Shown one piece after another: positions 46,092 through 55,466 of a DNA stretch of 64,000 nucleotides. The stretch is from a virus. Its lineage: Duplodnaviria; Caudoviricetes. Position 1 is the stretch's first letter; every line of letters starts with the position of its first letter. The notes beneath the pieces are model-generated. The model was not told the origin of the DNA and did not search any database. It saw only the letters and a list, made by a program, of their open reading frames with translations. Where the stretch lies: the IMG/VR virus record IMGVR_UViG_3300029305_006500; one strand, 5' to 3'. Both the position numbers and the translations under genes were made by a program.

Positions 46092-49034
46092 ATGGCAAAA
46101 ATGAATGTAACTTTTGATAATGTTGAATATCGTGTAGACGAAGCAGCATTTGAGCCTGCAACTCTCGCATTAGAATCACATCTTGAAACAGAGCTAGAGG
46201 GGACTGGGGCTTCAGTTAAATTTAATGGAAATCAATATACAGTTGATTCCGTTAAATTAACTAATGCTACTAATAAGTTTGTTAGTCATCTAATTACAAT
46301 TTCAGGAAGCGGTCCGAAGATTCAAATAGGTGGGGTCAACTACTCAGTTGACCCCACCGAGGTGGCAGATGCATTTGAGAGTATTGGAACTTTATTAGAT
46401 ACGCTCCAGCCTATTAGATATACTCTTGTAGGCTCTAATGGCAGATCTGGTTATCAACTTGCAAGAGATGCAGGATTTGCTGGAACGTTTGATGATTACA
46501 TCAGCGAATTTGATGGCACTTCTGATGCACAGAAGGCTGCAATTCTAAAAGAATTACTCACACTCAAGCATCCTTTACGTGTTAATGAGAATGGTGATTT
46601 CAAGATCTTATCCTTCTCAGATGTGCAGTGTGATTCTGATGACCTATCAACTCCATCACTCAAGGAAACTGTAGAAAATATTGAAGCTATTGTAGCAAGA
46701 GAAAATCCAGACTTTGTTCTCTGGATTGGAGATAATAGCTTCGGCATGGATACAGCTACTAAACTTAGAAATTACTTAAACATTGTAGCAGCTCCTATGG
46801 AATCAAGACAGATACCTTGGGCTCATGTATATGGTAATCATGATGATGAAACAACTTATACTCAAAGTGGTAGTATTTGGTATGCTGCTATTGATAAAGA
46901 AGAACAACAGCCTATTTATGAAAGCTTTGAATACTGTGTAAGTAAAGATGTTAAATACGGCTATAATGGCGAAGAGCTATTTGGTGTTTCTAACTTCGTG
47001 CTCCCTGTTATGAGCTATGATGGCACCAAAGTTGAGTTCAATATCTGGGGAGTGGACTCCGGCGCATACACAGATAACCCAGTGGCAAACAAAGCATTTT
47101 CTGATGGAAACTATTTTCTTGGAAAGTATGAATATATTCAACAAAATCAGATAAATTGGTATGATGCAACCTCTAGGCTTTTGGAAGAATATAATGGTGG
47201 CATGATTTACGGAATGATGGCTTTCCATATCCCCCTACAAGAATCCTACACAGCTTGGACACAGCGAGAAGAACAGGGGCTTGAGTGGGAAGGTGAAAAA
47301 CGAGACAACATCAGCGCATGTTCAGTAAATTCTGGTTTATTTGATGCCGTTAAACAAAGAGGTGATATCAAACTTATAGCTAATGGTCACGACCATCTGA
47401 ATGACTTTATGGTAAAATATGATGGCATAAGATTCTGTTACAATGCTTGTGCCGGTACTGACCAATACCATGACGATGATATGCTTGGCGGACGTGTTAT
47501 TAATTTCAGTACCGCTACACCTGATGATTTTGATACCAACATGTCTTATGTTCAAGAAAGAACTCCTGACAACCCGCTGTTTATTATGAAGATAAATGAG
47601 GATAATTCAGTCTCGAATGGTGCATATATCAACAGCTTGATAAAGAGACCATTGCCTATTACTTCACATGATTATACTGGATACGAGAAGGTTGTATCAA
47701 CAGACGATACAATAACATGTAAATATGTATCGTTCGCTGGAGGGTACATTCCTGGCGTGTATAATATACCAGCAAATCGAATTACTCCTGTTTTATCAGA
47801 TGGCTTTTCTTACGAGATCTTATTCAGAGTAACAGATGGTAATTTAATTGCAAACTATGTCGGTATTCTTGATATGGAAGAAGCGGGCGGTTTTGGTTTA
47901 GATTTATATAAAAATACTAATAATCTAAACCAGCCTACCTTAAAAGCTGAAATTGCTTATGGTACAACATGGAATTCGCTACCTTATACAATTAATGTAG
48001 GTGAATGGTATCATTGTGTGTATTCATTTGACGGTGTTAATGTAGCGCTATATATTAATGGTCAGTTAGTTGGTAGTGCCACTATAAATGGTGCATATAG
48101 ACCTCCCACATTTACAAATCGTGCGGGTGAAGACTACATATGTATTGGTGCACGTTCTCAAGCCTGGACAACTGATAATACACCTAGTACAGGAGATAAT
48201 GGATTTAAGGGCGACATTGCTATTTGTAATATGTATCCTGATGCAACCAGTGCTGCTAAAGCTGCAGAACTTTATTCTGCTGCAAAAGCACAACTCACTG
48301 AATTCGCTGATACCTTACTTCTTGATTTAGCAATTGATGCATCTGCACAGACAGTTACTAATGCTGCATATAATGGCGTACAACTTAATGAAGTAACTCA
48401 TGCAAACAGTAGCAAATCAATCTATACTGATACTGAAATAAATAGAGATGTTGTCAAATTCACTCCTAGAGGTTTATGGGCTACTACTGATGCTTACACA
48501 CTTCCTAGTTCAACCCTCGATGCAAAATTGAGTGATGGATTCTCAACAGAATTGTATTTCAATATAGATAATTTAAACAATGTTGGCACTTCTTATGTTG
48601 GTATTCTTAACTATGAGGAAGGTGGCGGATTTGGCTTAGATCTTCAATCAAGCAATACAGCTGGAAAAGCTAATTTGCAATTTGAGATGGCATATTGGGA
48701 TTCTGCAAATTCCAAAAATGCATGGTTGCCTGCAGTTTTGATTGAAATTGACCAAAACAAATGGGTACATTGCGTACTTACATATACTGGTCCAAGCAAT
48801 GGAAATAACGTATATTTGTATATAGATGGTCAGTTAAAATATTCAACTATTTTACCAGGCAATTATAACAAACCAGGCTCATTCAATACTGATCCGTTTA
48901 TTGCAATTGGTGCATGCGCTCAAAGTAATGTTACTACACAGAATGGCTTTGCAGGAAGCATTGCTATCTGCAGAATCTATGGCGAACCATTAAGTGAGTC
49001 TGAGGCACTCGAACTTTATAACGAAGTAAAGTAA
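46092..49034 (+). CDS. Metallophosphoesterase (calcineurin-like) fused to two LamG domains
   Basis: SDVQ, GDN, GNHD, FHIP and GHDH motifs; two WxHCV...LYIxG LamG repeats. Confidence 0.85.
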   Translation: MAKMNVTFDNVEYRVDEAAFEPATLALESHLETELEGTGASVKFNGNQYTVDSVKLTNATNKFVSHLITISGSGPKIQIGGVNYSVDPTEVADAFESIGTLLDTLQPIRYTLVGSNGRSGYQLARDAGFAGTFDDYISEFDGTSDAQKAAILKELLTLKHPLRVNENGDFKILSFSDVQCDSDDLSTPSLKETVENIEAIVARENPDFVLWIGDNSFGMDTATKLRNYLNIVAAPMESRQIPWAHVYGNHDDETTYTQSGSIWYAAIDKEEQQPIYESFEYCVSKDVKYGYNGEELFGVSNFVLPVMSYDGTKVEFNIWGVDSGAYTDNPVANKAFSDGNYFLGKYEYIQQNQINWYDATSRLLEEYNGGMIYGMMAFHIPLQESYTAWTQREEQGLEWEGEKRDNISACSVNSGLFDAVKQRGDIKLIANGHDHLNDFMVKYDGIRFCYNACAGTDQYHDDDMLGGRVINFSTATPDDFDTNMSYVQERTPDNPLFIMKINEDNSVSNGAYINSLIKRPLPITSHDYTGYEKVVSTDDTITCKYVSFAGGYIPGVYNIPANRITPVLSDGFSYEILFRVTDGNLIANYVGILDMEEAGGFGLDLYKNTNNLNQPTLKAEIAYGTTWNSLPYTINVGEWYHCVYSFDGVNVALYINGQLVGSATINGAYRPPTFTNRAGEDYICIGARSQAWTTDNTPSTGDNGFKGDIAICNMYPDATSAAKAAELYSAAKAQLTEFADTLLLDLAIDASAQTVTNAAYNGVQLNEVTHANSSKSIYTDTEINRDVVKFTPRGLWATTDAYTLPSSTLDAKLSDGFSTELYFNIDNLNNVGTSYVGILNYEEGGGFGLDLQSSNTAGKANLQFEMAYWDSANSKNAWLPAVLIEIDQNKWVHCVLTYTGPSNGNNVYLYIDGQLKYSTILPGNYNKPGSFNTDPFIAIGACAQSNVTTQNGFAGSIAICRIYGEPLSESEALELYNEVK

Positions 49035-49051
49035 TAGATTCATAAATAATT

Positions 49052-49080
49052 AGTTGAGGCAAGTCAGCTTGCCTCAACTT
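49052..49080 (+). terminator. Hairpin terminator
   Basis: AGTTGAGGCAAG/CTTGCCTCAACT inverted repeat. Confidence 0.6.
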
Positions 49081-49121
49081 AAAATAAATAAAAAATTCTT
49101 ACTTAGAGAGGAGAATTAATT

Positions 49122-51827
49122 ATGGCACTTTGGAAAGCCTTTAAAGGCTCAAGTGAAAATTTAAAAGATGTAGAATTACACGCTGGGTACGTGTATTTTT
49201 GCACAGATGATGGCAGTCTCTTCTTTGACTATGCAGACGATACAGGAAATCTGTTTAGGAAGCAAGTCAGTGCAGACGACTGCAAAACTCTTACAGGTGT
49301 GTCCCTAGAAGAGTTAAAAAATGAAATCGCAACACAAGACGTTGCAATATTGCATGAAGCACAGACGTATGCGATGAATCAAACAATCGTTGCGCTGTCA
49401 GAAGCTCAAGCATACACAGACAAAGCTATTGAATCAGCTGCAATAGGTGGTGTTGATCTTCCTATAACAGAAAGTGATGGTGCAAATACAATTGTTCAGG
49501 TAAGTGATAAAGAAAACATTGCTTATGGTGATAATAGTATAGTATTTGGTCTTGATAGTACAGCAGGATGTCGCGGATTCTATGTTAAGGGTGTATATAT
49601 CAACACTGCTCAAACAGCAGGTCGTATTTATCTTACTGATATTCAACCTACCATTGGTTCAGACGCTGTTCCTATTATTTCGGATAATTATGATGTAGTA
49701 CATAATGCTTGTTATGATGCTAATTTCGATACAGGATATGTATTTGAAGATGATATGCAGTTCAACCTAGTATTGAATGAAAACTTTAATGCTGGTGGAA
49801 CAATGAAGGGAACAATTTCTGAGATATCCGGCAATATGATACTCTTCGGTGGATATCTTGTTGATGGAGATGGAAACCGCGTATCAGGAAGCTATGTTCC
49901 TGCTGATAGAATATTCAACGAAATTGATGACTTCTCATTTATGATACCTACACAACCTCGTGTTGGTGCTTGCATAGTAAGATACAATGGAACAGTCATT
50001 GGTAAAGAAGCAAAAGCAGTTGGTATTTCTTCTGTGGCACTTGGCGCTGAAACTCAAGCTTCAGGTAAATATGCAGTAGCTACAGGTAGAGGCTCTAAAG
50101 CAGCTGGTCACTGCGCAACTGCAGAAGGTCAGTTCACAAATGCTTATGGTATGTCTTCGCATGCTGAGGGCTTTCAATCTGAGACACAAGGTTATTGCTC
50201 CCATGCTGAAGGTTCTACCACTAGAGCACTTGGTTATGCTTCACATACCGAAGGTCAGGGTTGCGAAACTTGGACACCCAATGGGCACGCAGAAGGTTAT
50301 CAAACTAAAACAGAAGGCGCACAGTCTGGTACACATGCCGAAGGCTATCAAACAACTGCTATTGGACAAGGTGCTCACGCGGAAGGTGTTAGTACAGCAG
50401 CAAATAAAGAGGGCTCTCATGCAGGCGGTTACAATAGCTCAACAGATCACGCTTGGTCATTTGCACATGGTAGTAATCTACAGACTGGCAAAGATTGTCA
50501 GGCAGTATTTGGACAAAACAATATTATAGATAGTAATGCTTTATTAGTAGTTGGTAATGGTGAAGAAAGTAGTAAACAGAATCTTTTCACAGTAGGCTCA
50601 GATAATACAGGTAATTATATTACTCTAGGAGATAAAAAAGTCTACGAAGCTAATTTTAAAAATTACCATATTGTCACAGATGAGAGCAATAGAACATTTA
50701 TTGCGAATGACTTCGGAAATACTGCTTCAGGTCAATGTTCTTCTGCTTTTGGTGCTATTACACAGGCAGCAGGTAACCATGCCTTCGCAGAGGGTTATGG
50801 GACTATAGCAGAAGGGGAGTCTTCTCATGCTGAAGGCCATAATACACATGCGATAGGAAAATTTACCCACGCTGCAGGATACGAAACTTATGCTTACGGA
50901 GAATCCTCACATGCCAGCGGTTCACAAACCTATGCTTATGCTCCTGCCTCTGTAGTATTCGGCAGTCGCAACTACGCAGGTGCTAAGGGTTATTACTTAA
51001 ATAACGCTTATTGGGATACAGACTACTTGTATCTTGCGTTGAGTCCCTATTATACAAATAACTGCCCAATATCCAATGAATCTGGCATTACGGAACCTGA
51101 ATGGGGAAGTTGGTGTTTTATAAATCTACATATAACTGATTATTACCCTAATTTCAATCTTTATGTAGAAAATTATTCAAACGGATTATTAACTATAAGA
51201 AGAAATCACTATTCGGGAGCACAGGAACTTATTTCAATACTTCAAGAATTAGATGGGGCGCCTGCTATAAATTCAGAAAGTTTACGTTCTTGGTCTGTTG
51301 TCAATACAGGCGCTCTTGATAAGGGTGAAGTTTACTTTGGTAATAATGCTTTTGTTTCTGGTGAAGAGAATAAGGGCTGGGGTAACCACATACATATTGA
51401 GGGTGCTAGAAATATTGCAGGCGGTGAAGCTGCACATGCAGAGGGTGCTGATAATAATGCTCATGGTAATAATTCACATGCAGAAGGTCAAGGTAACCAT
51501 TCTTTCGGTAATGACTCCCATGCAGAGGGTAGAGACACAAAGTCCATAGGAGAGGCTTCCCATGCGGCTGGTATAGGCACTATCGCGACTGCTAACGGTC
51601 AGACTGCAGTAGGTAAATATAATGAAGAAAACCCTGAAGCATTGTTTGTAGTAGGTAATGGTAGCTCCGATACTGCGAGAAGTAATGTAATGGAAGTAAC
51701 CTCTACTCATGCAACTGTAAAAGCACCTACAACAAACATTCCTTGTTTAAGAAATATTTTAATCGGTACTTCTGCACCTACGGAGGATGTAGGTAATGAC
51801 GGTGATATATTTATTTTATATTCTTGA
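49122..51827 (+). CDS. Second tail fibre with YadA-head-like repeats (901 aa)
   Basis: HAEG repeats; C-terminal region paralogous to 42591..46073. Confidence 0.85.
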   Translation: MALWKAFKGSSENLKDVELHAGYVYFCTDDGSLFFDYADDTGNLFRKQVSADDCKTLTGVSLEELKNEIATQDVAILHEAQTYAMNQTIVALSEAQAYTDKAIESAAIGGVDLPITESDGANTIVQVSDKENIAYGDNSIVFGLDSTAGCRGFYVKGVYINTAQTAGRIYLTDIQPTIGSDAVPIISDNYDVVHNACYDANFDTGYVFEDDMQFNLVLNENFNAGGTMKGTISEISGNMILFGGYLVDGDGNRVSGSYVPADRIFNEIDDFSFMIPTQPRVGACIVRYNGTVIGKEAKAVGISSVALGAETQASGKYAVATGRGSKAAGHCATAEGQFTNAYGMSSHAEGFQSETQGYCSHAEGSTTRALGYASHTEGQGCETWTPNGHAEGYQTKTEGAQSGTHAEGYQTTAIGQGAHAEGVSTAANKEGSHAGGYNSSTDHAWSFAHGSNLQTGKDCQAVFGQNNIIDSNALLVVGNGEESSKQNLFTVGSDNTGNYITLGDKKVYEANFKNYHIVTDESNRTFIANDFGNTASGQCSSAFGAITQAAGNHAFAEGYGTIAEGESSHAEGHNTHAIGKFTHAAGYETYAYGESSHASGSQTYAYAPASVVFGSRNYAGAKGYYLNNAYWDTDYLYLALSPYYTNNCPISNESGITEPEWGSWCFINLHITDYYPNFNLYVENYSNGLLTIRRNHYSGAQELISILQELDGAPAINSESLRSWSVVNTGALDKGEVYFGNNAFVSGEENKGWGNHIHIEGARNIAGGEAAHAEGADNNAHGNNSHAEGQGNHSFGNDSHAEGRDTKSIGEASHAAGIGTIATANGQTAVGKYNEENPEALFVVGNGSSDTARSNVMEVTSTHATVKAPTTNIPCLRNILIGTSAPTEDVGNDGDIFILYS
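51465..51586 (+). repeat. 122-bp exact direct repeat, copy 2
   Basis: Identical to 45705-45826. Confidence 0.85.
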
Positions 51828-51845
51828 TGAAAAGAGGAATAATAT

Positions 51846-53357
51846 ATGAATATGTTAGTAAAAGCCGCAGGTAAATACTATAACGGTAATTCCGGTTATG
51901 TAAAAGTTGGAGGTAATTGGAAATCTATTTCTAATACTTATGTTAAAGTAAATGGAGAATGGAGAAGTGAGTTGCAATTAGCTACTCCTACAATAACATG
52001 GAACAGTGATACTGACATACTAACCATTTCTCCTGTAGATAATGCAATTGAGTATGAAATTACAATTGAATGGGAGTATTATACACATACATTCTATACT
52101 TCAAATACTACATTACATATAAGTGAATTCTATCAGGAATTATTTTCAGTTCCAAGCGATGGATTAGAAACTTACGATTCATATTATATTAAGGTTAGAG
52201 CTGTGCGTGATAGTATATTTAGTGATTATAGTAATGCTGTAGGGTCAAGGTTTGGTGAATGGTTTAATGTATCATATTGGCTTGATTACAGTGGTATGTG
52301 TTCAGAGGATAATTGTGTTTCTCAATTTGAAACTCTTAGAGCATATCTAGATTCTGATTCAGATTATATTCAAGATCATAACGCAGTTGTACTACTCAAT
52401 GGTATCCCATTTGTTGCGGTATATAACGATACTCAGGGAATTGAATTTTATAATGATCATTTTGGTATGACTTATTATATTCAGCCAACTGATGATTATG
52501 ATCAAAACAATGAATATGTATACGGACTCGTAATTTATGATATCACTAACGGTGCATATGATAAGGTGAATGATTTCATGATTGACTGGTACGAACCTAC
52601 ACAAGAAAATAGTGATACAATAACTGTTACCTATGATGGTAATGGTGGTACTATAGATGGTCAATCTACTAAAACTATTAATGTAAATAGTGGAACCAAT
52701 ATTACTCTTCTTTCTCCGGACACAAGAAGTGGATATACATTTGATAGTTGGTTAGATAGTATTGATAATTTAAATTATCAACCGTCAGATAGTTTCCAAG
52801 TAAATGAAAAAGTTACATTTACAGCACAATGGATTGAAAACGATGGATGTGATCATTCTGATGTGACTATTACTACTAAAACAGCCTCTGACTATAGTGT
52901 TTATGATTGTACTACATGTCCTACAGGTACTAAAAAAGTTTGTAACATTTGTGGTAAGACTCTTTCTAATAGTTTAGGTCCATGGAGTAGTCATAGTTGG
53001 GGTAACCAAACTCATGTTGCTGCAACTGATTGTAGTAGTGAAGGTTATTATATTAAGAGGTGTACTCGTAATAATTGTGTAGGATCGATGCAATGGGGTG
53101 ATGGAACTACTGGACCTCATAAGTATGGAAGTTATCAACCTAGTGGTAATAATACGCATACTCGTACATGTAGTATCTGTGGTGGGTCTGAAAGTAGTGA
53201 CTGTTCTATCATATTTAAATCTTATTCAGGAGAAAATTATACCAATGTTCATACAGTTTCTGGTACATGTGAAATTTGTGGAGGCAATGTAAGTTATACC
53301 GAATCTTGTACTCCTAATGGTCCTACTTGTATGTATTGTGGCTGTTTTGTCAATTAA
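51846..53357 (+). CDS. Surface/fibre protein with InlB B-repeat-like domain and Cys/His-rich C-terminus
   Basis: YVKVGGNWK repeats; VTYDGNGG...RSGYTFDSW...FTAQW; multiple H...CxxCG motifs. Confidence 0.75.
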   Translation: MNMLVKAAGKYYNGNSGYVKVGGNWKSISNTYVKVNGEWRSELQLATPTITWNSDTDILTISPVDNAIEYEITIEWEYYTHTFYTSNTTLHISEFYQELFSVPSDGLETYDSYYIKVRAVRDSIFSDYSNAVGSRFGEWFNVSYWLDYSGMCSEDNCVSQFETLRAYLDSDSDYIQDHNAVVLLNGIPFVAVYNDTQGIEFYNDHFGMTYYIQPTDDYDQNNEYVYGLVIYDITNGAYDKVNDFMIDWYEPTQENSDTITVTYDGNGGTIDGQSTKTINVNSGTNITLLSPDTRSGYTFDSWLDSIDNLNYQPSDSFQVNEKVTFTAQWIENDGCDHSDVTITTKTASDYSVYDCTTCPTGTKKVCNICGKTLSNSLGPWSSHSWGNQTHVAATDCSSEGYYIKRCTRNNCVGSMQWGDGTTGPHKYGSYQPSGNNTHTRTCSICGGSESSDCSIIFKSYSGENYTNVHTVSGTCEICGGNVSYTESCTPNGPTCMYCGCFVN

Positions 53358-53407
53358 TAACATTTGGTATAAATTTTAAATTAAATTTAAATTAAATATA
53401 TTAAATA

Positions 53408-53449
53408 AAGCTAAAAAACTCAGCATTTATGCTGAGTTTTTTAGCTTTC
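53408..53449 (+). terminator. Terminator ending the structural block
   Basis: AAGCTAAAAAACTCAGCAT/ATGCTGAGTTTTTTAGCTT inverted repeat. Confidence 0.75.
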
Positions 53450-53516
53450 TGTAGCATTCAGTTTTTTGTCTACACACTGTATAATATAATGAAATTATAT
53501 TTAAATAAGGTGAATA

Positions 53517-55454
53517 ATGAATAACAAATACACAGAAGATAGTATTATTTCTTTAAATCCGCGTGAATTTACTAGACTTAGACCTGCTACTTATTTAGGA
53601 AGCAATGAATATTCTACTCAGCTTGTGAGAGAAGTATTTTCTAATGCGCTAGATGAACATATTATTGGGCACGGCGATAAGATTTGGGTTAAAGTAGACC
53701 TTGTAAATAATGAATATGAAGTAAAAGATGAAGGTCAAGGTTTTCCAATAAATGTTTTTAGAGAGGATGGTAAAACTGTTCTTCAAGCTGCTTTTGATTG
53801 TTTTAATACTTCAGGTAAATATGATGAAAATGGAGTATACGCAGGAAGTGTACTCGGATTAAATGGTATTGGAAGTAAGTTAACTAACTTCTTATCTACA
53901 GAACTTGAAGTATATTCACATAATGAACAATTTAGTGAAAAAGTTAGATTTGAAGATGGTATCTTTATTAGACGCAACGTTTCTACCTATCAGGGTAAAT
54001 CAGGTACAGAGGTTAGGTGGAAACCAGATCCACAGTTTTTTCAGTGTAAAGATGCAAATATCTCAGATTTAAAGAAACTATTTGAAGATATTTCAGCCCT
54101 TTGTCCAGAACTAATTATTTATTTTAAAGTAATAAATGGCTCAAAACAAGCTCAATTTGAAGACCTTTATACCTATCATGCAGAAAATGGCATTCAAGAC
54201 TTAGTTGATAGAAAAACTAATAATAAAGAGCTTCTTAATAACAGATTTGTTGCCTGTAAAAAAGACGGTGCTGAATTATTTGATATTACGTTAACTTATA
54301 CTTCTGATTATTCGGAAAATGTTATTGCTTATGCTAATTATGGACTTACTGAAAGTGGTACCCATATCAGTACTGTAAAAGCTGGTCTTACCCGCCAAAT
54401 AAATAGATATGCAATAGATAAGGGGCTTATAAAGAAAACTGATGATCCTATTACTCAAGGTGAACTTGCGGAAGGTCTTTTTTTAGTTTTTAATGTAAAA
54501 GCAAGTAGTGTAAAATATGATAGCCAGACAAAAACTCGAATTGTAGACTTAAATAAAACTCTTATTAATAGCGTTATTAATAATGAATTCTGGGATTGGC
54601 TTAATAATAATCCAAAAGATGCTAAGGTTATAATTGATAAAGCTTTACTTGCACGTAAGGCTAGAGAAGCAGCTCAAAAAGCTAAAAATATTGCTAGAGG
54701 ACTCAAGCAGAAAAAAACAGATAAATTTTTAAATTTGCCTACAAAACTAGTTGATGCTAATCCAAGAGATAAAGATAGAAGTAATTGTATTCTTTATCTT
54801 GTAGAAGGAGATTCTGCAGCTAATGGTTTGATTTCTAAACGTAATGGTGAGCTTCATGGAATAATGCCACTCAGAGGTAAAATTCTTTCAGTTCGTAAAG
54901 CTACTGTTGCTGATATGTATAAAAATCAAGAAATTTCAAATATTGTGTCTGCTCTTGGACTTGAAGTTAATCCTACAAATTATACTTTAAAATATGACCT
55001 TAAAAAACTTCGTTATTCTAAAATAGTTCTTCTAGAAGACGGAGATAACGACGGCGGACATATCAGACTATTGCTTATTACTCTACTTTGGAGACTTTGT
55101 CCAGAGTTATTCCAAAATGGTCATGTGTATACTTCGCGTCCGCCACTCTATAAGATTACAAACAGTAAAAACGAATATTGTTATTTAGCAACAGATAAAG
55201 ATTTAGAGACTTATAAGAAAAAGCACTCACGTGAAAAGTATATAGTAAATAGACTTAAAGGTCTTGGTGAAATGTCACCTGATGAACTTTATGAATGTAT
55301 GATTAAAGATGGAACACAGAACATAATGCAGCTTACTGTGCCTAATTATACAGATACTGATAATGAATTAGAAAAGTTTATGGGAACAGAAGTAAGTCAA
55401 AGACGTGAATACTATAATAGCCATTATAATGATGTGAAAATTGAGATCGAATAA
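53517..55454 (+). CDS. Type IIA topoisomerase subunit B (GyrB/ParE-like)
   Basis: EVFSNALDE, GLNGIG (GHKL ATPase); EGDSA, PLRGKI, DGDNDG (TOPRIM); RLKGLGEM. Confidence 0.95.
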   Translation: MNNKYTEDSIISLNPREFTRLRPATYLGSNEYSTQLVREVFSNALDEHIIGHGDKIWVKVDLVNNEYEVKDEGQGFPINVFREDGKTVLQAAFDCFNTSGKYDENGVYAGSVLGLNGIGSKLTNFLSTELEVYSHNEQFSEKVRFEDGIFIRRNVSTYQGKSGTEVRWKPDPQFFQCKDANISDLKKLFEDISALCPELIIYFKVINGSKQAQFEDLYTYHAENGIQDLVDRKTNNKELLNNRFVACKKDGAELFDITLTYTSDYSENVIAYANYGLTESGTHISTVKAGLTRQINRYAIDKGLIKKTDDPITQGELAEGLFLVFNVKASSVKYDSQTKTRIVDLNKTLINSVINNEFWDWLNNNPKDAKVIIDKALLARKAREAAQKAKNIARGLKQKKTDKFLNLPTKLVDANPRDKDRSNCILYLVEGDSAANGLISKRNGELHGIMPLRGKILSVRKATVADMYKNQEISNIVSALGLEVNPTNYTLKYDLKKLRYSKIVLLEDGDNDGGHIRLLLITLLWRLCPELFQNGHVYTSRPPLYKITNSKNEYCYLATDKDLETYKKKHSREKYIVNRLKGLGEMSPDELYECMIKDGTQNIMQLTVPNYTDTDNELEKFMGTEVSQRREYYNSHYNDVKIEIE

Positions 55455-55466
55455 GGGGGAATAGCT

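Noticed and set aside
45530-51586. Diversity-generating retroelement TR/VR pair
   Set aside because: Both copies are coding, mismatches are not adenine-specific, and no reverse transcriptase is in the window
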